Shown one piece after another: positions 38,901-51,995 of a DNA stretch of 64,000 nt. The position numbers were made by a program, and so were the translations under genes. Positions within the stretch are counted from its first letter, which is position 1. Each line of letters begins with the position of its first letter. Source of the stretch: Adineta vaga (lineage: Eukaryota > Animalia > Rotifera); contig CP075493.1 of NCBI GenBank assembly GCA_021613535.1, positions 11,532,001 to 11,596,000 of the forward strand, in the 5' to 3' direction. The notes under the pieces were generated by a model. That model was not told the DNA's origin and did no database searches. It saw only the letters and a list, made by a program, of their open reading frames with translations.

Positions 38901-41900
38901 TTCTTTGTAGTCAATGATGGAACCACTTTCACCGTATAGCAAATCTCAATCTAACACAAATCTTTCAACATCAATTTCATTAACAATTCTTGATGAAAAT
39001 CAACAAGAAATTCCAATTCAAACAGATGCAAATAATTCTATTGAAATCATTATTCCTCGTGATCCAAATCTGATTATTCCATCAATGATATTATATAATG
39101 TAACATCGAATAATTCAACTGATCATCATCAACAAAGTTTTTATTTACATTATGTTAATATCACAACTTCTCTTCCAACATCAGTTCATATTGAAATTCA
39201 TCCATTAAATGTGAATATTTCATATTTATTAATTCATAAATTTGATGGTATACCACAATTGAATAGTTCAATCAATCAAATTGATGGATGGAAACTTCTC
39301 TGTCCTGCTGATTTCACGAATGAAAGTATTTATAGATATTTCCTTGACAATCAACAAACAGTCAATCATCATGCACTGGTCATCGGTTTACGAGAACTCG
39401 ATTCAAATATTTATTGTTTAAATTCTTCATTAAATCAACCACCTATTACAAATGAAATGTATAATTTTACATCAGATTATGAATTACGAGCTTATACATC
39501 CGGATGTTATTATCTTGATGAAAATAATCAATGGAAATCTGATGGATTAATAGTTGGATCATTGACAAATCATTATCAAACACAATGTTTTTCAAAACAT
39601 TTAACAAAATTCACAGGAAGCTTTAATGTTCTACCTCAACCAATCAATTGGAGTTATGTCTTTGCAAATGCTGATTTTGCTCGTAATAAAACCATCTATT
39701 TAACCGTCATTTGTGTATTGGTGATCTATATTATCTTTCTCATTTATGCACGTCATTATGATAAAAAAGATATAGAAAAATTAGGTGTCACACCTCTGCC
39801 TGATAATCATTCATCCGATGAATATTTTTATCAAATTATCGTCTTTACTGGTCAACGAAAAGATGCCGGAACAAAATCAAATGTATGTTTTATGTTACAT
39901 GGTAATGAAGATCAAACACCAATTCGTACTTTTGCTGATCCTCATCGTCGAATTCTTCAACGTGGTGGAATCGATGCATTTATCATGGCTGTTCCACATT
40001 CATTGGGATTATTAAATTGTATTCGTATTTGGCATGATAATAGTGGCAAAAGTTCAGCATCTTGGTTTTTGAAATATATCATCATTCGTGATCTACAAAC
40101 AATGGAAAAGTTTCATTTTATTAGTCAACGATGGTTTGCAGTGGAAAAAGACGATGGCAAAGTAAAGTATTCTTATGATCATTGTTTGATTATTTTTCTT
40201 TTTGTATCTAATAGATTGAACGAATCTTACCAGTTGCTGGTTTAACGGAAAAAAATGAATTTTCTTATATATTATCAAAAAAAGCTTATCATAGTATATC
40301 CGATGGTCATTTATGGTTTTCAATCTTTTCTCGTCCACCATCAAATCAATTCACACGTGTTCAACGATGTACATGCTGTTTTGTTCTCTTCTTCGTTTCG
40401 ATGTTCTTGAATATCATGTACTATGATTTACAAAGTGAAGCAAAAATGAGTGCAACGATATCTTTAGATCAGGTATGAATTGATTCTATTTCAAAAATTG
40501 CAATGAATCAAAGGACTAATTTAGATTCTTATTGGTATAATCGTTGAAGTATGTTCATTAGTTCCCAGTCTTTTACTAATTCAAATCTTTCGTCGACTTC
40601 GTGCTCGTAATAAATCGATTTCATCATTACGTAAAACATTATATCAAATCAAACCTTCATTAGAAAAAGAAGACAAGAAGAAAATCAAAAGTTCATTTAC
40701 ATTTCCATGGTGGTTTATATTTATTGCCTATGGCCTTTGTATATTATTAGTTGGAATGTCAGCTTTCTTCCTCATTGTTCGTGGAATTGAATTTGGTGAT
40801 TTAAAAACTCAAAAATGGTTAATATCCATCATCAGTGGATTTTTTTCATCGATCTTTCTTACTCAACCGATTAAAGTAAGATTTATTTTTTGTTTGAAAG
40901 ATGTTCTTTTATTTTCTATTTTCATGTAGATCTTAACTTTGACACTATTTTTTGCATTTTTCTGTCGAAAATCCAATGATGATAAAGAAGCTACAGAATA
41001 TTTAAATGACAATGAAATCTCACTTGATCAAAATGAAGAATATCTTCATGAAAATAAGAAATCTTTGTTTATTTCTCGAACATCATCAATTCACCGAAGT
41101 CGTTTAACTGAAGGTGAAATTGCTTTTGCACGTGAACGTCGATTGAAAGAAATTCAAATGTGGTCAATACTTCGTGAATTATTTCTTTATTTGATATTTT
41201 TCTCATCTCTATCGGTCATTGTCTATTCTCAATCTCAATACAATTCATTTCTTCAAGTTGATCATTTACAAAAATATTTCGATTATAATGAAGTTTGTTT
41301 CAAACTATTCTTGTTTTTCTTTTCATAAAAAAAGTTTCAATTTAGATTTCAACCAAATCTGCTTATTGGCAATGGTTAGAAGAAAGTTTCGTTGACAATA
41401 TTCGTGCACAAGAATGGTATAATGGTGTGCCACCACGAAATTTAAGTGGTTTTATCAATGATAAATCGAATCGTTTGATTGGATGGATAACAATGCGACA
41501 ATTACGTGTTCAATCTCAGTTCTGTTCAAGACAGAATTTCAATTTCATATGTGTTTATGATTATAATACTCAACATGAAGAAATTAATTCATTTGAACCG
41601 GGATGGATTAATCAAACCGAATTCAAATCAAATTCAACACTCGATCGAGCATTTCAATATCAATCCGCAGATCAATTAGATACTTACACAATCAATGGAA
41701 AATTCGGTCGATATAATGGTGGTGGATATGTCTATGAATTTCGTGGTCGTTTATCTGATATTCAAACGAATGTAACAAAACTTCATGAATTCAATTGGAT
41801 CGATGATCGAACACGAGCTGTGATAATTCAATTGAATTTATATAATCCAAACGTTCAATTATTTACTTCAGTGATTTTTCTTACAGAATTTCTATCAACC

Positions 41901-42984
41901 GGAGGAATGGCAACACAATTAACGATTCAACCTATTCATTTTTATAGTAATTTCAATTTCTTTATTCATTCTTTGAAATCATATTTTTGTATTTATAGCA
42001 TTTACATCGTTAATTCAATTCGTTTGTTTGATTGTTTACATGATATTTATCATTTATTTAATGTTTCAACAGATTCAATTGAAATCGCAATGTTTTCGTC
42101 AATTTTGGTCGATCATTGATTGTGGAATAATCATCTGTTCATGGGTAGGTGTTGGCATTTATATTTGGCGTTATCAAGAATATTCTCGTATTGGAAAATT
42201 ATTTTCTGAAACAAATGGCTATACATATATTAATTTACAATTACTTACATATATCAATGAAATTTTAAGATTTCTCTATAGTTTTTCTTGTTTTTTTGGT
42301 ACAATTAAATTTATTCGTCTATGTCGATATAATCTTCGTATTTTTTTATTTATTCAAACAGTTCGAATAGCTGGAAAAGAATTAATGTCATTTGCAATGA
42401 TGTTTTCCGTTGTATTTATATCATTTAATTCATTATTTTATTTATTATTTCTATCAAAACTTGCTTCATGTTCAACATTTCTTCAAACGACAACCATGTT
42501 ATTTGAAATGACATTAATGCAATTTGATGGTGATGGATTAGTTGATGTAGCTGCATTTCTTGCACCATTATGTTTTAGTATATTTATGATTCTGGTCGTT
42601 TTTACTTGTTTGTCAATGTTTCTATCGATTATTAATCAAAGTTTTCAACAAGCGAAACAGAATGTTCAAGAAGGAGATCATATTTATTCGTTTATATTCA
42701 ATCGATTTCTACGATGGACAGGTAGATAAAACTGTTTTTGTGATAGAGAGCAAGAAAATGATTTTTATTTTTAGGTTTGAATAAACCTAATGATTATGAA
42801 ATACATGAAGAAAAAGATATAATGATGCGTGAGGAATATCATGATCCAGTTGAACATTTTCCCGAGAAGATGGATCAATTATTAACTGCTTTGAATCGAG
42901 TATAGTTACACTTGTTTATATAATATTTCTTGTATAGATGACTCTCTTTTCTAGGTTTATATAAGTCAAGGCGAGGAAAAATAA
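32934..42984 (+). CDS. Polycystin-1-like (PKD1L/REJ) receptor-channel with two N-terminal NHL beta-propellers; frameshift at ~33584
   Basis: Signal-peptide exon 32934-33000; two NHL blocks (33369-34272, 34507-35394); Thr-rich stalk; REJ region (PQNGSCSVNPLNGT); GPS CYY..W..G..TQC..HL|T; PLAT (TG..DAGT..IRIWHDNSG..SWFL); SRPPSNQFTRVQR; polycystin channel domain (WIDDRTRAV..YNPN); ends VYISQGEEK*. Confidence 0.88.
35695..35830 (+). repeat. (ACA)n-rich low-complexity repeat encoding a Thr-rich mucin-like stalk
   Basis: acaacaacagtaacaacaacagcaacaacc... Confidence 0.9.
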
Positions 42985-43109
42985 ACAAAAGAATGTTTTT
43001 GCTTCTTGTTATGTATATTTGTGTATGGTTGCCTTAGATTGATTTATTCTAAATAATTCGTGTTTTTTTACTTGTATGATTCTATATTTCACGTAATAAA
43101 AGAATGCAA

Positions 43110-43445
43110 ATATAAGTGTTTCTTCGAACGTATTGCCAAATGATGATGAATCTTTGCATTCACACAAGAAGTTTTCATCGACTTTCATTGCTTTATTTGA
43201 TCGTTCTATATAGCGTACATAATCTTCGATCTTTTCAATACTTGATTTCCATTATGATAATGTTGTAGATCTGATCGATTACGCTGTAAAACAAAAGATT
43301 TCAATGGACGATGATGCAGTACAAAAGATTGTTATTATTCAAACAATCATACCGTTGCAAAACTATCATCTGTATTGTACAAATATACATTAATTTTGGT
43401 CCTGATATGACCAGTACTATAGAATTTGTTCTTGTAGAAACATTA
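43110..43445 (-). pseudogene. Relic of the 5' part of an EGF-containing receptor-like gene
   Basis: Minus-strand translation WKSSIEKIEDYVRYIERSNKAMKVDENFLCECKDSSSFGNT, flanked by stops; splice-like sites near 43285-43332. Confidence 0.4.
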
Positions 43446-44222
43446 TTGATAATTCTGACGTAAATTATTATCATAGAGAAAACATCCTATCCATTTGGGG
43501 AAATCCATTTCGGGACGGAAATGGAATGGATACTCAATATTTAACATCGCAAAACGGATGACTGATGAATTATTGATATTGTTTTACTTTTCTGTCAATT
43601 CCTCACAAATACTTTGTTTTATGTATAGTTCAAATAGATGATCCTATCGATTATTAACATGTCTAGCATTTAATTTATAATACGTACATTACTTATACAA
43701 ATGTTTGCGTCGTCTATCAGAATAATGATGTAATGTCTTGAAAGTTTCTTCCTAGAGCATTCTAGGAAATATATCCTACTTTGCGATATCGAATAAGAAT
43801 GAGATCACGAACGTTTTTGATTCCAACGGAGAGCCATTTATAAGTTTATGAATACAACGTTCTGATATACTACAGATATTGGTCTTATCAAAGGATTTCT
43901 GATAGGAATATATATAATTACAAAACATCTAACTCTCGCTATAGATACGATAAAATGGAAAAGGTGTTCCATCATATTCTAGAGTTCAGTTGAACTGCAA
44001 CTGTATCATTTATCGATCATAAGAAAGCGCTCGATTAATTTTCTTGTTTTTATTAGATAATTAAAAGAGGATCTCTAGAAAATATGAGATAATACACACA
44101 AACACAGATAGATTTTTTTTTCTTGCTCAGTTCCATATTTCAACAGGAAACAGACGGAACAGCGGACTTTTTACGACGAGATAATCTGGTTACAACCACA
44201 TTATTCATTTGTTGCTGAGATT

Positions 44223-46165
44223 TTATTTGACGTTGGCTTTTATTATCGAGAACGTTGTAAAGTTCACAGCATCGTCAGCTCCAAGTTCAGTTAATATATT
44301 AGTAGAACTGCCGTTGTTAACATGCGCAATAGTATCGAGACTACTTAATGGTACATATCCTTTCATAGCATTTTCTATGCTGGATCGTTGATTTTTCTGA
44401 TAAGCGTTCATTAGATGGTCAACACTATTTCGAATATGCTTGATGGGTTGTTTCAGTGTTGTCAAAGAATTATTAGCATAGCGAAGTCCCAACTGAACTA
44501 ATTCATTTGATAAACGGCTTGTTCTTCCGGTGCGACTACTAACAGTGACCTCGGATGATGCTGCTGATGTTGGAACTGTGTATAAAGAATCGACATCAGA
44601 TCGTTGTTGTTCTTGCTTTTTCTCGTATTTGAATCTATTCTGTCGAATACGACAACATGCAAGTCTGTATATATGGAAAGTGAAACTTATATCAATGATA
44701 TGATCTTAAACTCTCATCCTACCGTCTGAAAATAGGACAAAGCCATTGAAAGCACACCCACCAACAACATAAACAGCATAATAAGAGGCCAAGCAATGCC
44801 AAACCAATAATAAGACCCATGTTTGGGCCTTTGGGTTGTGCAACTAAAGTAAACATTATATTCACAAACATATTAAATCAAATTATCATAACAATATATA
44901 AGAAACATACCGATAGTTATTGCTGTCGTATTTAAAGAGTCAACGGTTACAAATGTTAAACCTGTGAAGAAAATGTATACAATATTTATCATGAGTACTA
45001 ATCATCGGTCCACTAGTTATCACTTACAGTACATTTCTGATTGTGCTAGAGTATTATCAATAGCTGCACAACAGAACATTTGAGATCCCAGTGAAGTTGG
45101 AATCCAATTTAGACGTATGGAATAGAGGCTAGTATTTGTCGGATCTTGAACAATTGTCGATGTTTTCATACCTGTAGGACTTATTTTAAGGAAATCCGTA
45201 ATTGTTGTATTGATACAACCGATCTGTGCAAGTATAGTCACAGATGCCATATTCGTGTTTCGTTCAATCATAATGGATGCACCATTGGAGTACACGCCGA
45301 TAATGGTCGGCTGACAATTACCATTGGAAACATATATAAGAAATTGGATCGGTACTGAACTTAATGGTACAGTATCAGTTGTGTTAACGTAAAAGTCTTC
45401 AATTTGTAGAGCAGCCAAATAGTAACCGATCGCCGTTCCGTTGACAACTAAGTGGCACGATGTTCCATTATTATCTCCATAGAGTATAGCATTTGGAACA
45501 GAACTACACACATCTCCACATTCATCGACAGTCATGTTATTCGGAGAAGAAATCATACTATAATTCTTTTGAGCCCAACGACATCGTAAATAATCATTAT
45601 CATCATCAGCCATAGGTATCACTATTGTACGTTGAACGTTTACTGGAACTCTAATGACAGGCAGGATGCTTGAGATCGGAGGTGTATTAAGACGACCGTT
45701 ATCTTTACGTGACTTTAAATTAATGATAGTGCTAATGCTCCAGGACTGTCCACCAGTTTGCAAGGTCAACCATGCCGCCCCGTAAAATTGCAGGACAAGT
45801 TGTAAATCACCATTTAACGTTAGTATACTTGATTTTCGACCACTTGACATATCTAAACTAACACTATAATCGGTGCATTGAACAGTGGTTAAAAGATTAT
45901 TGATATATCCACCACAATGCGGTGTCGTTGCACACCTTAGAAAGTTCATGTCACCGATAGAACCTTGAGCAAGAATAGTTGCATCGTTACACCATTGAGA
46001 TGAACGTCTCCATGAATAACTCTGCTCAATAATAATATCAACTGTACTACCATTAACTGCAGTTACATTGACTGGTTTCCATGTAATAGAACCGCCACGA
46101 AAATGACTTAGATCAACGATGCCGAAAACAAAAGTTAGAATAACAACGAAGCAAGTGAATTGCAT
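44223..46165 (-). CDS. Type I membrane protein of the 'HFRGG' (Sib/integrin-beta-like) family
   Basis: Signal peptide then SHFRGGSITWKP; NTPP...DDDNDYLRCRWA; ALQIEDF; PLSSVPIQF; TM GLIIGLALLGLLLCCLCCWW; four exons. Confidence 0.75.
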
Positions 46166-47779
46166 TTTAGTTTTGAAAAATAAAATGTACGTGTAGAACA
46201 ATACAACTATGTGCTTTTATACAAACTTTCGAAAGTAAAAAGAACAATTTCTTTCTCGTTCGTAAATTGAAAACTTCTACGATATCACAATGAAAAATGA
46301 ATTATATGCAAATATAAGTAGATCCACAGAGGAGTAATCAGTGCAGATCATAAAGACCTTGAAAATTGAATTAAAATAAAACATGAAAACTAGCATAAAT
46401 GCAATATTGTTACGAATTGTATTAGTGGTATTTCAGTGCCTTTTATTTTATTGCGCAGATTATTCAAATAAACAAAAGAAAAAAAAATCGTAATTAAATA
46501 GATATCAACGAATGGATGAGACTTCAATCTATTTGTTTTCAAGTAATTAAATCTACAAGAATTTCTTTTTACATAGAATCAAATACTTTATTTATTCCCT
46601 ATTATAATTGAATTTCTTCTTTTTAATGATTTTCATTCCACATTAAACTCGAGTCAAAAATATTCTGTCGTATTATTTCATAAGAGATGCCCAAAACATA
46701 TTCTCAGATCCGAATGAACTTTCTTGTTGATCTCCGATGAAAGTATCAACTAATACTACATTTAATCATCGTTGGGAAATTACTTTTGTATAACATCCTT
46801 ATAATATAGCACGTGTGAGTTCTACATTTTAGCCTTGAAAGAGACTACGCTAAAAAAATTTCTTTTTAATTTTATTCCATCAATTTTACTCACTAAAATC
46901 CAATCTAAAGTTATAAGAAAGATAATTACTGAAAAAAACAACTATGAACAAAATAGTTTCCATAACGATTAGAAAAGTATAATATCTGCACGGAAATAGA
47001 TTTCTTAGTTTGTTTTAGTCGTTAATATGAGGACTGCAGCCTTATTTTGATTATATTTGTTTGAACTTTCGATCATTTTTCCTTAGCGGATTACAAATAT
47101 AGCATTAAAAGTTTTGTTAATTTTCATATAATGCACATAGAACTTGAATTGCTTTATATAATCCGAACAATGAAAAAAGAGGAAAAGTTAAAGCAAACAT
47201 AGATATCACGATTGCATCTAAAGGTGACTTGTAAAATATTTAACTCTTTTCTTACATTGTTCGACAGAATCAATCGAGTTTCTTTAAAGTACTCTAGAAT
47301 GAATTATTGTTGAATACGATACTAACGGTCGTTGCCATCTTGTTTTACGTATTAGCGATAAACTATCGTAGACTATCATAACAAAATTATTGATTGTAAA
47401 AAACACCAATAATTAGTTAAAATTATTTAATGATTTTCAAAGAATACTAAACGTAGACAAAATATCCAAATCGTATTTTCGTGTAAGTAAAGGATAATAT
47501 CAAACGTATACAAATGAGTACTAAACTCATACAACATACACTTTAACTACCACTGTGATGAATATTATAAACAACACATCTTAGAAAAGTTTTCGACGCC
47601 AAACATTTTAACTTGGAATTTATTTTCCTCATTTCCACCTTCAAACTGCTGAGCATGAACTTTGAACACGATTGTTTCTTTTTCTCTTCACTTTACTCTC
47701 AACTCATACACTATGTGACTGCAACTATTTCATCTTTACCATTATCTCTTTCACAAACTTAATCATTTATTGATGAATT

Positions 47780-48213
47780 CAGATCATCAACAACAACTAC
47801 TTTCCAATTGCCGCTCAATATGATTCGAAACACAACTCAGGCGAACACTTTATTCTCTGTGTTATTATCAAATTATGGTCTAACTATGACTACTGTAAGT
47901 ATAGTGTCGTAAATATACGCAAGAAAAGGTACTATGGTTGGCATTAGCTTCTCTAAGCAACATGACAGCTCAGAATGCTTCATTTACAAATGAATATTTG
48001 ATGAATTCAATTATCACTGATATTCTCCGTAGATTAATGATTGAACAATGGACTTAATCAAAGTTCTATGAGAAATATTATAAAGAATATGAACCGATCG
48101 AATGTACTTACAAAATCATAGCAAGAAATCGTGTGATTTATATAGTTTCGACATCGATTGGTATTACTGGTGGTTTGACAATAGTTCTCAAATTTGTTAT
48201 GTACTGCATTTGA
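47780..48213 (+). pseudogene. Decayed fragment of a multi-pass membrane protein gene
   Basis: Translations MIRNTTQANTLFS, LMIEQWT*, and YEKYYKEYEPIECTYKIIARNRVIYIVSTSIGITGGLTIVLKFV, broken by stops and apparent deletions. Confidence 0.55.
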
Positions 48214-48662
48214 AAAGGAAGAACAAGAGTTATAGTTTGACAACTTGTAAAAATGAATAAAAAGGACTTTAATGAATCTACCGCAGACGATATTTCCAGC
48301 AAATACTCTATCTTTGATTACTTTTATCGTTATATGATTTTGACTGATATATAAATCAAGAGTTTGTTCATTCTTATTTTCATCCACATCAACGCGCTCG
48401 GTCATATTCTTTAAAACGCAAAAGCAAATAAGCACAAAAAAACGATAATCCGTATTTCATTCATCTTGTAACATTATATCCTATAGTATAACCGTAGCAG
48501 GGTCATATAATAATAGAATCACCATAGATCATAATACTTTTGATTTTGATCTTCAAACGAACGAATCGTTATCAATTTGACGGAAACCAAAGTTAATATT
48601 AAATTATGTCATTCAAATAATCAAAAAAGAAAAAGGAAAAAAATCAACTGTAATCGAAGAAT

Positions 48663-50004
48663 TCATAAAACTAAATTTAAACATGCTATTATAAATGTTT
48701 CAGGTTTAACTGTTCCAGTAATTCGTTCAGGTGTAAATGTTATTTTATCAATTCGTTCCCAATTGATTTCAAATAGAATTGGATTTTTCTTTGTTAATAT
48801 TATATTTTTCACCGCAAATAACACATTTGAACGATAGCTTGATACTATCAATTGAAAAGATTCATGATAAACTGACATAGCTTCAAATGAATGAAGAGAA
48901 AATTTGTTTGAAGAATTGGGTAAGAGTATTGATGCAGCCTTTCCTCTTCCATTAAATGCTACACAATTTCTCGACGGATTATATGCATTAAGAAAGCCTT
49001 TTAATTGAAAATTTCCACGTGCATGTTCTTCAAACATATAATAAATGTTTTCCCAATTAAAACCAGCATAACCATTTGGAATATGATCACCTTCTTTTTT
49101 TGCACGAGAACTTTGAAGAAAATCTATTGTCGAAATTCGTAATGGCACTAAATATAATATACAAATAAATATACATATGATTTGAAAGTAAGAAATCTTT
49201 TACCATTGCTTGACCCGGTAGTATTTGACGATGGTTGCTCTTCTTCAGTTGGAGCCGATGGTGTCCCTTTATTTAAAAAAAGAAAAAGAAAAGCAGTTCA
49301 ATAGATACGAATTGTTTTCATCTACAAAAGTTTCCCTACTTACAATCTTGTTCATCATCTTGCGATTGCATTCTTTGTGCATAATCTTTATTTTTTTGTT
49401 CTCTTAGATATAATTGAGCAATTCTTTCAAAATGTTTCATTTTCGATGGTTCTTTATTACATGCTTCGATTGCTTCATCAATAAGCTGTGTTTGTTTTCT
49501 TAAACAATCAACATTTTCATGTCCATCTTTTTGATAATAAACCGTATAACATTTTAAGCAGGTTAATTTTTTCGGTAAACAATCCGTATCTTGATGTTCT
49601 ACAAGATTCTTATATAACATTTCTTTCGAACATTGAGAACATTCTGTTAATCGAAATAAACATTCAGCTAATTCATGCTTTTCTAAACCTTCATATGGAA
49701 TCAAAAGTGTACAACCATTGGATTTATTTTGACAAGTTAATTTCAATCTTGATAATAATTTGATCAGAATCGCTGGAGGTTTTCGTTCTTGAAAACGACA
49801 ATTAAATGGGCATGCATTCGGTTTTTCATGAAGCCATAAACGAATACATTTCAAACAGAATGAATTTTCACATTTTTGACAAGTCACAGGTTTCCAAATA
49901 ATATTCATACATATTGGACATGTGATAATATCATCGTCAACGTAACCATCAACACGATCTGTTGAAAGAGATTCAGTACGTACCATTTTTTTTCTTTCTC
50001 CCAT
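48663..50004 (-). CDS. RING + TRAF-type zinc-finger protein with a C-terminal 'IPNGYAGFNW' domain
   Basis: CPICMNIIWKPVTCQKCENSFCLKCI..CPFNC RING; CQNKSNGC..LEKHE..C..C..C..H..C fingers; exons ~50004-49342, ~49266-49204, 49148-48663. Confidence 0.8.
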
Positions 50005-50642
50005 TTATGAAATACTGAAACAGAAACAAAAAAATTTTAAGAAATTTTCGGTCATGTCATTTGAATTATTAAAGACATCATTAAAGTGAACTGACTCTCT
50101 AAAAATTACAAACCAAGCTAAATCAAATGCTTCACAATTTACCACTAACTTCGTAACTGGTAATTATTATTTTTCATCGTCTAATGATGTTATTAGTGAG
50201 CGATGCACATGGTATGAATCATATAAACTATCGAAAAATAATAAATATTTTAGTAAACATAAATCATACTTTTCTCTTTCTTGATATCTATGTCATCGTG
50301 ACCTTTTTTGATAAAAGGTAGTCTTATACGTTATTTTCATGTTTATGATCAATTATCTGTAATAGCTTGTTCTTTATTAATCATATAAAACAACTCATTT
50401 TCAAATGAGATCGATCGAACTAGATAACATGTAATATTTCGATAATAAATTTCCACATATACAAAACATGTTCGCATCGGTCATGCATGTGTTCTTCTCC
50501 CGTCCATTCTGTTCATTTTATCGTCCTATAATAGAAAAAGAAACAATCAACATCTTGTCCGATGTAATGATCGTCAGTCAAATATATATATCTATATCTA
50601 TATAAATAGCAATTTCTTCCTATTTTTTTTACATAATACAAA

Positions 50643-51492
50643 ATGTTGTCTATCTATCGACTTTCCCTTCTATTCCTATTGCTTACCGTAAAGTTAATTT
50701 TGACTGAAGAATCAACAACAGAGTCGGTTCTTTCACTTTTACCACAAATGATTCATGAAGATACTTATCAAGAAATACGCGATAAGTTTTTGCCCGTAAT
50801 TCGTCGTGCATCTCGAAACATGCAATCTATGATCATCAAGATAACTGAAGAATATACTAAAATACAGGTTCGTTCGAATGAAGATTCTTTGAAACCAATC
50901 ATAACAACTATATTGATTTTCAGAAGTACAAAGATGTTATCAATCAAACTTGTTTATCATCATCTTTAGTAGTCAATATGACGAAACTCTCGAGAAATTT
51001 AACACGAATTATGCAAGAAGAAGTACCATCTATTGAAGAGGAAGTTAATCATATCCTATCAGATATAGAAGAACTCAAAAAAAAGGTAGATGAACTTACG
51101 TATGATGTCAAGCAACAACCAGTACCGCAATTCAATCATGAGCAGCTACAAAGATTGCAAATTTTGAAGAATATATATGAAAAGTTAAATAGTCAATTAA
51201 ATCAAATTAATCAACAATTAAAACAGTATGTCTTCTATTATTCAGTTTAAGTATTCGACAGATTGTGATGCTCTTTTGTTTTTTTAGAATACTGAATGAA
51301 ATTATACATCCTGGTCTTGCTTCCGTCGAAAAATATAATGCATGTTTAGCTTCGGTAGCACAATCCTTGATAGATTATGGTATAAATGAAATAGTTGAAC
51401 ATATGGATGATGATGATGATGATGATAAAAAAGATGTTGAGCAACTTGCTCTAGAACATTCATCATCAACTATCAATCATACTGATTTGTAA
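50643..51492 (+). CDS. Secreted helical/coiled-coil protein, unknown function
   Basis: Signal peptide; three exons splice in frame; heptad-rich; acidic (GAT)n tail; upstream TATAAATA. Confidence 0.7.
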
Positions 51493-51911
51493 CTGATTTA
51501 ATTATCTCTTGAATGAATATGCTATCAAAAATAAATCGTTCAACGAAATTGTAAAAATAGCAATATCTTGGGATTATAAGTTAGTAGAGCACGTTCATAT
51601 AAAATGATATTCTTTTGATCATTTGATAAACAATGGTGTGTATCTCTTATCCAAATTCGTGAGGAAAGTCAACAGTAAAATTAGATTATCGCATCGTATG
51701 TGAATATTAATTACTATAACTATATTTATGACAAAGAAACAACGGGAATATTAAAACCTCAATACTCTAAAACTGACTATCAAGAAGTGTTGTCATAATA
51801 ATAGTTGATAAAATAGGCAACAAACTTTTAACTGTGCGAACATGATTCTTTGAATATGAATTTCACATCGATTATTTTATTCATTAAGTTCTTAGTATAA
51901 GCGTAGTTTGC

Positions 51912-51995
51912 ATACTTCGTGGTATAGAGTGGTTAATACGTTATTCTGAAGAAATAATCGCTTCGGTGGCCCAGGTTCGAATCCTGACGGAGATC
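51912..51995 (+). tRNA. Class II (long variable arm) tRNA-like gene with GAA (Phe) anticodon; possibly a pseudogene
   Basis: A box TGGTATAGAGTGG; D stem GTAT/ATAC; anticodon stem TTATT/AATAA with loop CT-GAA-GA; variable arm TCGC-TTCG-GTGG; B box GGTTCGAATCC; acceptor CTTCG/CGGAG, imperfect at the end. Confidence 0.75.

Noticed and set aside
43690-44075. Possible coding relic on the minus strand
   Set aside because: Short open stretches but no family could be recognised.
51941-51957. Reading the tRNA anticodon as TGA (Ser)
   Set aside because: The TTATT/AATAA stem fixes a 7-nt loop CTGAAGA with U33 and purine 37, centring GAA; a TGA register breaks the stem.
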